Program-made: the position numbers and the translations under genes | Notes under the pieces: model-generated | Told to the model about the DNA's origin: nothing | What the model saw: the letters and a program-made list of their open reading frames with translations, nothing else | The model's database searches: none | Assembly (NCBI RefSeq): GCF_036321535.1 | Contig: NC_087437.1 | Location: 24,182,001 to 24,246,000 of the forward strand | Source: Camelus dromedarius | Lineage: Eukaryota | Length of the DNA: 64,000 nucleotides | Reading direction: 5' to 3' | In this document: positions 52,705 through 64,000 of the stretch, piece by piece | How positions within the stretch are numbered: position 1 is the stretch's first letter | How the letters are laid out: the number at the start of each line of letters is the position of its first letter

Positions 52705-52890
52705 AGGTCTAACTTTGGGCAAGAAACTTGTTCATGCTTCAGTTTCCTTACCTGTAAACTGGACACAATCATAACTATCTTACAAGTTTTATACGGGAAT
52801 TAGAAATTTTACAGATAGACATACACAGACACACACTCAACACATAGTGTCCACAATTGTACCTGGCGCATACTAGATGTCTAAAACAAT
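52705..52890 (+). mobile_element. MIR fragment
   Basis: 'ctttgggcaag...gcttcagtttccttacctgtaaactgg...cctggcgcatactagatg'. Confidence 0.7.
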
Positions 52891-54439
52891 GTACAACCCT
52901 GAAAATAGTTTTATTGCCATCATTATTGGTATTACTTGTATTATTACAGTAATGATCATTATTGTCACATCAAGTTGATCAAGGTCCCCAAAGACTATAT
53001 CAATACATTGTTTCTTTTAAAATGAATTGAATGATGAGTGATGACATGAATATTTAACTGAACAATCACTACTTGAAGAGATAGGGATTTTTCTAAATAT
53101 ATACCATATGTAATAACTGTGTAATATAATTTCTATTATATACATCTGTAATCGTTCCTACTGGGTAGAAGACTACAAAGATTTTTCATTCTTCTACTAG
53201 GATTAAAATAAATGACATTATGCTACAAAGTATGGTTACCAGTTACTTGCTTATTTCATAAAGAAAAAGATAATTCGCTACAGCTGTTATCTGAAGTTAC
53301 ACTTTTTGCTAAAGCTGTATGAAAGTACTCTTCATCTAACAACAATGAATAAAAGGTGGTTAACTAAAAAAAGAAATACTTCAAGCGTATTATTTCATGG
53401 TGGCCCTGGAGAGCACTGGACAGAAAGTTCAGGATAATCTATAAAAAGCAAAGTGAGGGGAGGGGGTAGTGAAAGGGTCCAAGGGGCCATGGGGCTACGT
53501 GAACCCATGTGGAAAAATGATCAGTGCTGGAGAAGGTTAAATTTGCAGTCCCTGAAGTCTTGCTGTTGTGGCTACAGCCCAAGAAAGTTAATGAAAGAAA
53601 GGAGCACTGACAACTCCTGCTGCTTCGACAGGAGCTTACCACCTCATTACTGGCCAGATTCTTACAACCAAAAGAAAAGAAAATACTCCTGCCAAGGAAA
53701 AGAGTAAGAGCCAGAGCGAGAGAGTCATCCAAGCAAGGCATTGCTGATATTGGGCGAAGATCAAAGTAACAGCAAACAAAAGGAACTGGACAAGAAATAG
53801 CTGAGCCAAGAGCGGCGACCACAGACTAGACAACTGTCCAAACCGTAGGCAGGAGGGATGGAAAGAGCAAGTTAAATCCTTTAGTCCTCCCTGCTGAACA
53901 GGAAAAAGTAAATGAAGTGACACCATCTGCTTACTTTCCCAGAAGAGGGAGTTTTGACAACTCATGGATAGCAATGCAAACGTTTTCAAAAGCATTACCC
54001 TAATTACAAATGATTAGAAATGATTCCTAGAAGTAAGGACTTAACTCACGGTGTGCCTGACTAATGAGCGTTTTCTGCATATCCCGCTGCACTTGGAAAG
54101 CACTGGCTAGAGATGGTTTTGGAGGTTTTAAAATGATCCTCTTAAAGATAATAGAATGCATCACTTTTTTCTCTATTTCTCTAAGTGTGATCTTTTTTTT
54201 TTTTCTAAAGGACAGTATAAAATCACAGGGTCTTTCAAACTAGAAAACGCAGTTTTTGTTGTTTCAGTTCTTGGCATGTGGGTAGGTGGATTTGTGACTA
54301 TATGTGCATGTGAAACTGAGGGGCGAAATTACAGATCAACTAAAATTAAATGTTTAAAGTTGAATTTGTAATAATACTTTCCATAGAAATATATTTTTTG
54401 TTATAGATTTAAATTCCAGTATCATCTCTGTATAAGGAG

Positions 54440-55330
54440 TAAATCGTCACTATACCCCATTAAAAATTGACAGTACCAAGTATTAGTGGAGAAGTGGAGC
54501 AACTGGAACTCTCATGCATTACTTGTGGGTGTAAATTTGGAAAGCTGGTAGCGTCCATCAAAGCTGAACATAAGCCTACCCTATCACCTGGCAGTTGCAT
54601 AATTCAGGATATACACAACCAAAATGCATATGTATTACATCAAAATGCGTCCCAGAAGGTTTTTTTTAATCATCCTTAACCAATAGTAATTTGGATAAAT
54701 AAATTGTAGTATTACTCTTACAGTAGAGTACTCTACAGCATGAGTTGGCAAAGTAAGGTCCATGGACCAAATCTGGCCTTCTGATACTGCAAATAAAACT
54801 TTATTAGAACACAGAAACATCTATTCATTTACACATTGCCTGGCTCCTCTCATGCTCCAACTTACTACAGTGGTAGAATTAAGTAGTTACAACAGAGACC
54901 ATGTGGCCTAAAAAACATGAAATATTTATTGTATATACCTTTGATAGAGAAAGTTTGTGACCTCTACTTTCTAGCAATAAAAAGAAATGTGCTATTGTTA
55001 TAGTTAACAACATGGACAAATCTCAAAAGTAAAATATGAGTAAAAGCAGGCAGACACAATAGAGAACTTACTGTTTGATTCCATTTATATAATGTTCAAA
55101 AGCAGGCAAAATTTATCTCTGATGATAAGTGTTAGAAAAATGGTTACCTTGGTGAGGGAATTAAGGACTGGAAGGTAGCATGATGGAGATTGTTGGTTCT
55201 GTCTCAGTGTCAGTGATGGTTTCATTGATACATTCATTTGTAAAAATTCACTGATGTGAAATTTTCTATATATTACATTTCGATGAAACTTTATATTATA
55301 TTTCAATGAAACTTTGTTTAAAAATGTCAA
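54440..55330 (+). mobile_element. L1ME-type 3' end interrupted by MER58A
   Basis: 'aaaattgacagtaccaagtattagtggagaagtggagcaactggaactctcatgcatt' and 'ctgtttgattccatttatataatgttcaaaagcaggcaaaa'. Confidence 0.8.
54739..54966 (+). mobile_element. hAT-Charlie MITE (MER58A-like)
   Basis: 'gagttggcaaa...ccaaatctggcc...aaataaaactttattagaacacag...gtagttacaacagagaccatgtggcc...aaagtttgtgacctcta'. Confidence 0.85.
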
Positions 55331-56579
55331 AAATAGGTTAACCAAAAGTAAAAAATGAAGGCATTATCATGTTTGTTGGCTGTGCTTAAGGTATTTTCAG
55401 GATTTTGCCTGTCTCCCTATAGTGTTCTTTATACAGAAGAGAGCAAATAAATGTTACATCTCATCAACAGAAAATGAAACCATGGACATTAAGGACACAA
55501 AATATTTTAAAGTTGAGAGTCAGGTACACAAAAATGAGCACCTTAAGTAACAATTTACCTCAATACAACCAAAAAATATATATGTGCTAATTTTTGCCTC
55601 CTAATTATTCCTGAGGTTTCCAACTTATTTTCCAAACAACACACAAAATCACCCTCTGAAGTGTCCAGTCACTACATTTCTATAAGAAACCCTCGAACAA
55701 CATCAACAGCAATGTTGTTCTGAGGTTGTTCTTTGATTTTTGCTTCTCCATTAAGTTATTTGGAATATTTAGAGTTGCTTAGATTTTTTTTCCTTTCTCA
55801 GACTTAATCAAAAGAAACCATTACATTTATTAACACCAGTTTTCCACTTTCCTGTTCGCATTGACTAGGTGAGCGAGCTGTAAAGGAGCACACAGGCATT
55901 TCTAATTAGTATTATGGGGAATAAAATGGAAAGACTATCTAGAATTACTTTTTAAAAAAAATTATGAGGTAACCCAGGTACAATGATTGATGAGAATTTA
56001 GAAAATTAATAATATATTTTGGAAATCTATTAGAGATGGCTTAAATTTAAGATCTTTTGCCCTCAATTCTCTTTCCTCTTTATCACTGAATGTTTAATTT
56101 TGCTAAGAAATGTCACTTAAAACATAGTTTAATAAATGTTTTGGGAGGATAAAGAAGTTCAAAAGATAAATGCTTCTCTTATCAATTCTATTATGAACAG
56201 AATGTCGTATCAGAAAAGCAGCTCTCAGCTGCAGACCTATATCTGAGTTTCTGAGACTGAGTTGGTTTTGGCTTGTTTCTAATATTTTCAAGTGTATGTG
56301 GACTATTAATATTATTTCTCCATATAAGATATTGAAATTTAAAAGTGAATATACATTGTTCTCAACCTTTGAAAATACATGATTTCTTCCAAAAGAAGGC
56401 ATTTTGATGGTTAGATTCTACTTAGAGGTTATTTAATAAATTAATAACAAATCAGGAATGAAATCAAGAGATTATCTAATTGGGGGAAGGGGATGAATGC
56501 CTAAATTTATGGCTAGAAAATTTCAGGTTAGCTATAAAATTGCAAACACTTCCATCAGAATAAGAAAAGCATGCAGGCA

Positions 56580-56580
<1 letters not shown>

Positions 56581-56622
<42 letters not shown>
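56581..56622. repeat. (AC)n microsatellite
   Basis: About 21 units. Confidence 0.98.
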
Positions 56623-56625
<3 letters not shown>

Positions 56626-56926
56626 ATGGCAGATGTGAATGTCTCGATTAGAAACTTTGCAGATAATCCATATTTTCTTCTTCTTTATCCTCCTACAATA
56701 GGATCACACTGTGTAAATTGAAATCTGAGTCTTTTGTAAGTTGTTATCATCTACATCCCTGACTCTAAATTCCATGAAGGCAGAGTATGTGTGTTTGCTC
56801 AGTATTATTTTTCCAGGGCTAGTATAGTACCTGAAACATAGCAGGAGGTCAATGACTATTTACTTCACGAAAATAAATTAACTAATTAAGGCAGACAATA
56901 TGGACCCCAAATCAGACAAAATGGAC

Positions 56927-56962
56927 CTCTTATCTGCTGGCAAAAGAGCCAGCAGATAAGAG
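56927..56962. repeat. Perfect inverted repeat (15-bp arms, 6-nt spacer)
   Basis: ctcttatctgctggc-aaaaga-gccagcagataagag. Confidence 0.95.
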
Positions 56963-58108
56963 AAACCTCAAAAAATATATAATCCATTAAGTAAGATGTG
57001 AAACACATAATCAAGGGCAGGAAAAGGGGGCATTTTGGGGTTGTGGAAGCCCTTCTTTGTCCATCTCAAACTACAAATCAAACTTAATAACAGTTAATTA
57101 CGGCGTAAAAATTAGCAGTGGCTATTTCAGGATGAGTTAAAAGTGATGAATATTCTTTGTATTTTAGGTGTTTTTCAAATATTCTACAACAAGGTTTATT
57201 ATTTTATAATCTGGAAAACTGACATTAAGGAAATTAAAACACTTATTTCAACAAATATGTACTTATTATTGTCTAGTATATGCTAGGCATTGTTCACATA
57301 TCTACATGTAGATATATTTTTAAAAACCCTACCATTCAGAGCTCAGACTTATGGAGAAGACAGACATGAAGAGGAATCATTATAATCAGTATAATGAGAA
57401 TTACCATCAGTGTATCTATTAAGCCATAGAAAGAAAGCAATCAACTACATATACATCCTAGGGTAGAGAGACCAAAGTTTCTCGGAGTAGGTGACCTATA
57501 AAAAGTTCCTTTGAGACAAGATTTAAGGGAATTATTAAATGAACCATTATGTTTCATAATAATGACTTTAAACCTCTCCATTAAGTTTTACTAAAATTGT
57601 AGCATCGTGAGAAAACAACCACATGAATAAACTAACCAGTTATCATTGAAATGACAATCACCAACACAAAGCAAGGAAAAGAACAGTAAAAGGGAATATT
57701 CACAGATGAGAAGAAAAGAGAGTTTCCTTTTTTCATGAAACATCAAATATTAATTGAAAATGAATGAGTTTTTATGTCAGGAGCTCCAAGATTTTGTCAT
57801 TTTGGAAAAATGATAGAAGTTTTTTTTTTTTTCTTTCATGATCAATCCTATGATAATAGAACAATCTGATGACCCCATACATTTACCAGAATCATGTGAA
57901 ACTAAGACGTAAATGTTGCCTTCATTTATCTTTTAAATCAACTATACTTCAATAAAAAATAAAACAAAAAAAGAGAGGTAAGAAGAGACCTAGGAGACAT
58001 TTCCCTTCACCTATCCTGCATTTGTGTATACATTTTTTAAAATCACTTAATGGAGGATTGGTAGAGTATTGTTTCCTCATCTTCTGGAAGCTTGAAATCA
58101 GTGGGATC

Positions 58109-58110
<2 letters not shown>

Positions 58111-58154
<44 letters not shown>
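58111..58154. repeat. (CA)n microsatellite
   Basis: About 22 units. Confidence 0.98.
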
Positions 58155-58156
<2 letters not shown>

Positions 58157-59812
58157 ATTAGAGAATTAAAAGCTTCAGCCTTTTGAAACCAAAGCTATGT
58201 TCATATCATTGCCTCACCCCACATGAAATGCAAACATTTTAAATATGTTCACCCTGAAAGGAGGACCGTTTTGAACTTTTAACTGACTAACATCTGATTT
58301 CAGGCAGTGACTTTCCACCTTTTTAGTTACTTAAATAGGGAAGGCTTTGTTTTAAGGGTGATTTTATTGTTTTGTGGAGATTCCAAATAGTGAAATAAAG
58401 GTAATAGGATGACATCTTTATTGCTCAAGTGATTAAAATTAATGTTTAAAATTTGTGTACTACAGAAAAGCTGAGGTTATCCAATATATAAATGTCATCT
58501 AGTCATCTCGCCCAAGGAATCAATTATGGGAAAGAGTCAGGACTTAAATCTCAGCACATATTAAAGGATGAAGGTTAATAAATAAGCCATGAATTGGAGC
58601 CTTGCTCTTCTCAGGCCTGAAGCTTTGAGAGGGAAAGGTCTTCCGTGTTTTGGAAAGCTTACCTTCTCTAGGGTTATTTGGAAGGTTTGGGTCCCTCTCT
58701 TAACCATCTAGACCATCAAAATGAGACATCAGCAAAAACAAACAACACATCATAAAAGCCAAAATGGCTTGTATTTGGAGTGATGTTTGTCAGGACAAGC
58801 TTCTTTCAGAATTAGCCCTGCTTCTACAGATGGCTTCCAGGTTTAACTGTATAATCTTTACTTTGTATGTGCCCTCAGCTGGGGCTGGCCAGTTTCCTAG
58901 GTGTTAATACACTGTAGCAGATGGATTTGGAACACAGTACACTCTCCACAGTTGCAGTATATGTTAATTAAAACTTGAAAGCAGATATGTTCTATACCTG
59001 TCATCCAGATAAGAGGTATGTATTATTAGGTAAATTAGAGATTTTTGGAATTATTATTCCATAATAACAAAGGAAGTGAGAATCAGGGGTAGTGTGAGAG
59101 GAGAGGTTTTAGGGGATATGAACTACATAATTATACACTCATTATGTAGAAGAAAACAATATAAATAAAATAAGATACATATTCTCTAACCATCATAATG
59201 ATAAAAACAGTAGAATATAGATATTTTGGAGCCATTCTTTGAAATGCAAGTATAAATTAACCTGGCCTATCAGACATAATAACCAAATGATTTTTATTGG
59301 GCCCTATGTGAATTGCAGATGAACCATATTCTCCCACTTTCTGGCTGACAACAGATTTTCCGGGATTCATTTAAGGATCTGAATCCCACAGAAGAATGCC
59401 TACAGCAGCCTGCCACAAAGGGCAGACGTCTACCAGGAACTCTTGGTTGAGTTGCCTATCACGAGGGGATCACATAGCTTCTACTCTTCAGAATTCTATG
59501 AAGAACAAATGCTTCTGTTATCAAATACAATATTACCCCAGTTCCCTCCTCCACCCTTGGAAGCTTGAACCAGAGGCCTGGGTACAGTTTAAACATCCTA
59601 AAATTCCTCTTAGAAAAATCAGGGTTTCATGAAAGCTAGGTTTGAAAATATCTATATCATCTTCTCAGGGTGTATTGAAAAATCAACATTCAGTAAGACT
59701 GAAAATGGAAGATTTAAGCAAAGCATGAAGACCTGTGCCAGAATTGTAATTTCTTTTAAAGAGAAAATGAATTAGCCGTCACACCCCAGATGGATGAACA
59801 TAAGGTAAACTA

Positions 59813-59825
59813 ATTTCCGGGAAAT
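59813..59825. promoter_or_regulatory. Consensus STAT (GAS) motif
   Basis: ATTTCCGGGAAAT is TTCCGGGAA with symmetric flanks, in unique CpG-containing sequence; function untested. Confidence 0.35.
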
Positions 59826-60379
59826 GAGCAACTCTTGAGGGAAGACCCTCTCCCACCCAGTCCCGCGTATCAACAGAAGTTTCTGTCTAGCTCTACATTC
59901 ACCAGGGGCGTCGCCTGCCTTTCACCAGCCCCCTCCAATAGGCTCCATCCGTTCTACAAACAGACATTATAAGATAGGATCATCTATTAGCTATTTCAGA
60001 TTTCTAGTTCTCTTTAATTTTATCACAAATGCACATCATTTTCGACATTATGTGTTGCGGACTTTTTATGTAATGAAGAATAAATTTTATTAGTGTCAAC
60101 TTAGGATGGTAATCATATTCATAATGGTAGCAATATTCGTAACATACAGCTACTTACTCTCAGTTTTCAGACCCAACCTCTTCGCTTCATTCTAATCTCA
60201 GGTTCCATTTGTAATATACTTACTATGTATCAGATGTCGGGGTGAGGAGTAAGAATGTAGGCTGTGCTGTCATGTCTTACATTGTACAGGAGAAAACAGA
60301 CTAAGTGAGTGAATGGGTAAAGAAAGGTCTGGTGATACAAGCTACGAAGGCCACAAAACTGGGTGGTGCTAATCTTCAT

Positions 60380-60900
60380 AGAGAGCAATTGGGCTGGATC
60401 ATCAGAAATAACTCTCCAGGATTCAGGAATGAGGGGGTTTTTGAATGAGGAGGAGGAGGCATTCATGGCTTATCCGGCTAAGCTAGAGCCAAGCAGAAGG
60501 AAAACCATGAAGAAACCATGGGTCAACTCCATGCTTGGTCTGTCCTAGGGAAAGACAGGTAGGTACCAAGGCAGAGTGCACAGGAGAGCTTGGTATGAGG
60601 TTAAATCAGAGAGATAGGAAGGTCACAACAAGATTATGCAGGGCTTTTTAGGTCTGAAATGCAAAATCTGATGGAGCAGTTGCTGATGGATTCTGTGCTC
60701 AGGTATGGAGTGATCTAACTTGTCTCTCTGGCGTCATGTATGGAATGGATTATAAAGGAAGTCATGCATGGAAGGTGAGGGCAGTTTGGAAGCTAGGTGA
60801 CCAATAATGGAGGCTTGTATGGAGGGCAGTGGTCTACGTGGATGGGGTGTATCCCAGAAGGAATCCAATAGGACTTACTAATCAATTGGATGTAGGAGCT
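60380..60900 (-). mobile_element. Degraded LINE-2 fragment
   Basis: 'agattatgcagggcttttt', 'ggagtgatctaact', 'aatcaattggatgtagg'. Confidence 0.5.
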
Positions 60901-61135
60901 GAGGTGCCTCAAGACTTCATAGATCCTGCTGTAATAACTACCTTTAAGAAGAGGAGTGATGACTTTTATGTGATCCACCTTCTGTGTACATACTTTCTGT
61001 ACTTCTCTCTCTAACCCCAGACCAAAGGCAATCAAGGTTAAAATTAAGCTGTGTTTGCAAGGATTGAAACAAGGGAAAATATGAATATTCGAATTATGTG
61101 AAAATCTTGTTAAGTTATTGTTAGACATTATGTTT

Positions 61136-61413
61136 CATTTTTACTATTTTTTATTGAGTTATAGTCAATTTACAATGTGTCAATTTCTGGTGTACAGCAT
61201 AATTCTTCAGTTATACATGAATATACAGATATTCATGTTCATATTCTTTTCCACCGTGAGCTACTACACGATATTGAATATATTTCCCTGTGCTATACGG
61301 TATAAACTTCTAAAATCTGTTTTATATACACGTGTCAGTATCTGCAAATCTCCAACTCCCAGTTTATCCCTTCCCACTCCCCTCCCGCGTGGCAACCACC
61401 AGTCTGTATTCTA
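61136..61413 (-). mobile_element. Young LINE-1 3' fragment with TSD
   Basis: 'ttattgagttatagtcaatttacaatgtgtcaatttctggtgtacagc...'; TSD-like tagacattatgttt (61122-61135) / tagacacaatgttt (61414-61427). Confidence 0.9.
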
Positions 61414-64000
61414 TAGACACAATGTTTTGGTGTCTGGACGTCACCTCAAGAAGACAAGAGGATCTGATTAGCAAAATCAGAGAACAGGCTATTTAAATGA
61501 AGGGAACAAAAATCTTTCATTTTCAAAAAGAAAGTAATAGAGTAGTTCAATTGGAAAAGAGAAGATTTATTCATTCCTTATAAGCACGTATATTCAAGCC
61601 AATCCCCAAAAATAATCAAAACAGTACAAACAAGGTTAATGGCAGTGGCTAACTTTAACAACAGTGACAGACAGAACACCCCAGGAATTTCAACAACCTA
61701 GGATAAACAAAAACAATGAAAATACAGTTTTCTCTGTAAGCTTAATTTTGTCAAGATGTCTCTCAAACAATGACTTACTTAAAAAGAAGGAAAAGGGGGA
61801 TTAGCAATTTAACTGTGGGTGGGCATAGACCACTGGAGGTGGGTGAGGTGGAAGAGAGAGTGAGTCAGGGGAAAAAAAATTTCCCTCACAGATTCAGTTT
61901 GTTTCTTGACTCTGGAATTAAAGGGGGAAATTGCTTTGAAAGCTGGAGTGAGTATCTCTTCAGTCTTTTTTTTATTAATACCTCAGTAAGATGATTAAAC
62001 TCTTAACTAGGTTAGATCACTTTTTCCTTAACTTTAAAAACTACTAGAAATTACTAGTTCAGACACATTTTTATTGAAACTTCCATCGTCTCAGAAAGCC
62101 TTGTCTCTTGTGTTGATTAGGATGATAGGGAAGAGAAAAGGTTATAAAACAGCAAGGGAGGACACAGAAGCTGTATTTCTTCCCATCGGAAGTGATGTTT
62201 TTAATGCAAAATTTAATTTAAATTTTAATTTGATTTAAAATTGTATTGCTTCTTTTTGTAGTAATATAAAGTATTGAGTATTAATATTATAAATGACTTT
62301 TTGCACAAACAAATCTAGGATCTACAGACTTGTTTTTTTCTTGGTTAAACACAATTTCTCCACACAATGACAACATAAAAGAAAAATTAACCCCCCTCCC
62401 CCCCACACACAACAATTCTAGGCTTCATTTTTATCCCTGAGCCTAGAAAGAGCCATGACATAGCTGTTGATTTATGTTCATATGAGCTTAAAACTTAAAT
62501 ATTAATTCCCTAGATGGTCAAATCTAACACTTCTTATTTTGGAGGTACTGATGTCTTGAATCCGTATCCATTCACAATTTCCAGGAAAATATTTTAGCAA
62601 GAAAATTGAATCGTAACACAATCATTTATCAAACTCATACTAAGGATTCAAGGCACGACATGTTGCAAGAATGGATGATAAAGAGATCTGTCAATACAAA
62701 GTCTCTTTGCTAAATCTCAGCTCTTGTTCTCTGTCTTCTACCAGCTGAATAAATGAAAGACATATTTAGTGGTGTCTGTAGCAACCATATTCTCATGCTT
62801 TCAAGAAAGCAAGTGTGACAATACAAGACAACATGCCGAAGCAGTAGAGTAATAAAAACTTAGTGGAACATTATATCCATTTTGGGGAAGCTGGAATAAG
62901 AAGATAGGAAACTCTTGTGTTTAGTTCTATGGAAAGGAACAAGGTGACTAAAATGCCTCTGCGTGCCTTGGTGAAAATCAAGAGAACAAAAAAATCACCT
63001 TCATGTAAAAGGTAAAATAAGTGCCCATCTTAAAATAAACTTAAGTGTAACTATAAAAAGCCTTTATTTATCTGTCCATTGTTTTGTTACACACTCTTTT
63101 TATATACTCTTTTTTTTTTTTTTACTCTTTATATATTCTAACTTTGAGGCAGGAAATAAATATGGGACTATTTAGCAAGACACTAGAGAATTTGGAAAGT
63201 TTTTATTTGAAGAGAGAAATGACAACAAAAGATGTTTTGAATAAGTGATCATCTTGAAAACTCATCTTAGAGATTATAGGCACTCATTAAGAGAATTTTT
63301 GCCACCATCAGACCCACGTTCTCAGTGATGGTAAAGCTTACCAGGGATTTCTAGTAAGGAACACAGTCGGGACTTGTTCCTAGCAAAATGCAGTATGCTC
63401 TCTGAAAGGTAGGGGTGCTTCCAAAGGGGATTCTGTCTTGCCAAAACGCTCATTTGTCTGAGCTTTCCCCCCTCCCAGGCTCCCCAGAAACTCTCCCCTT
63501 TGCTTGGCACCTCGCAGCATCAACATGTGACTTTTTGGATGGGCTGACTGAGTTCATTGAACATAAAGCCTTGGCAGTGGCAATTACCCTGGCAGTGGCA
63601 GAAGCCAGGAAACATATACCAGTAAACGGATTTCATTTTAATCACCGTACGTAGGGTGTGCTTGATTTATCCCGTACCATACCCAGCCCCAACGTGGCAG
63701 CGAGACTCTTGTGCTCAATTGCCATGCTCCACAAAAGCACGAAGGTTGAACTTCGGTTCCATTGCCAGTGTACTGTCTTCGCCGAGTATTTTTTTTTCCT
63801 TTTTAAATATTTTCCTGTCATTTTTGTTCCTCTCAGAGTTCAATAGTGAGGTCGAACGGGTTCAACTTTAATTGTCAGAAATTGTAGAACAATACAGCTG
63901 TTTCTGTTTGAACCACAAGCTACCTTTAATGGAATTTTAAAATAGAGCTTAGGAATCATTATTCTGAAATAGATTAGTAGAATGTCTTGCTCCATTAACT

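Noticed and set aside
57298..57315. 18-bp palindrome atatctacatgtagatat
   Set aside because: AT-rich, inside a degraded L2-like segment, with no supporting context.
59897..59916. CTCF-like motif caccaggggcgtcgc
   Set aside because: The core is one G short of CCACCAGGGGGCGC; the match is too weak.
62203..62248. AT-rich quasi-palindrome
   Set aside because: Almost purely A/T and imperfect; expected by chance.
63572..63601. tggcagtg repeats resembling the miR-34/449 5' end
   Set aside because: Similarity is limited to 8 nt and there is no hairpin.
1..64000. CRISPR arrays, operons or other prokaryote-type systems; host protein-coding gene
   Set aside because: The sequence is mammalian repeat-rich DNA. 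There are no repeat-spacer arrays, and the remaining short ORFs are consistent with chance or TE origin.

Overview
AT-rich, repeat-dense mammalian genomic DNA (intergenic or deep intronic). It is most likely camelid: there is a tRNA-Ala-derived Vic-1-type SINE at ~42.1 kb, several young 5'-truncated L1 3' ends of a matching style, and no Alu, B1, Bov-tA or PRE-1 was recognised. No host protein-coding gene could be supported. The only ORFs with recognisable homology are fragments of LINE-1 ORF2 and a decayed ERVL/MaLR integrase. The rest is L1, L2, MIR, LTR and hAT DNA-transposon fossils, microsatellites, and a few unique stretches that may be regulatory. The most notable items are: (1) an ~820-bp TSD-bounded chimeric retro-insertion joining an L1 fragment to a non-L1, AATAAA/polyA-terminated 3' end (38.2-39.0 kb); (2) a 36-nt 3'-truncated U2 snRNA retrocopy with a perfect 13-bp TSD inside a MaLR LTR; (3) several inverted or internally deleted L1 insertions; (4) a perfect 15-bp GATA-containing hairpin next to a direct repeat; (5) a tandem duplication of an AP-1 site; and (6) CpG-enriched candidate enhancers. 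I found no convincing new biological system. Repeat subfamily names come from recalled consensus sequences and need RepeatMasker/Dfam confirmation.
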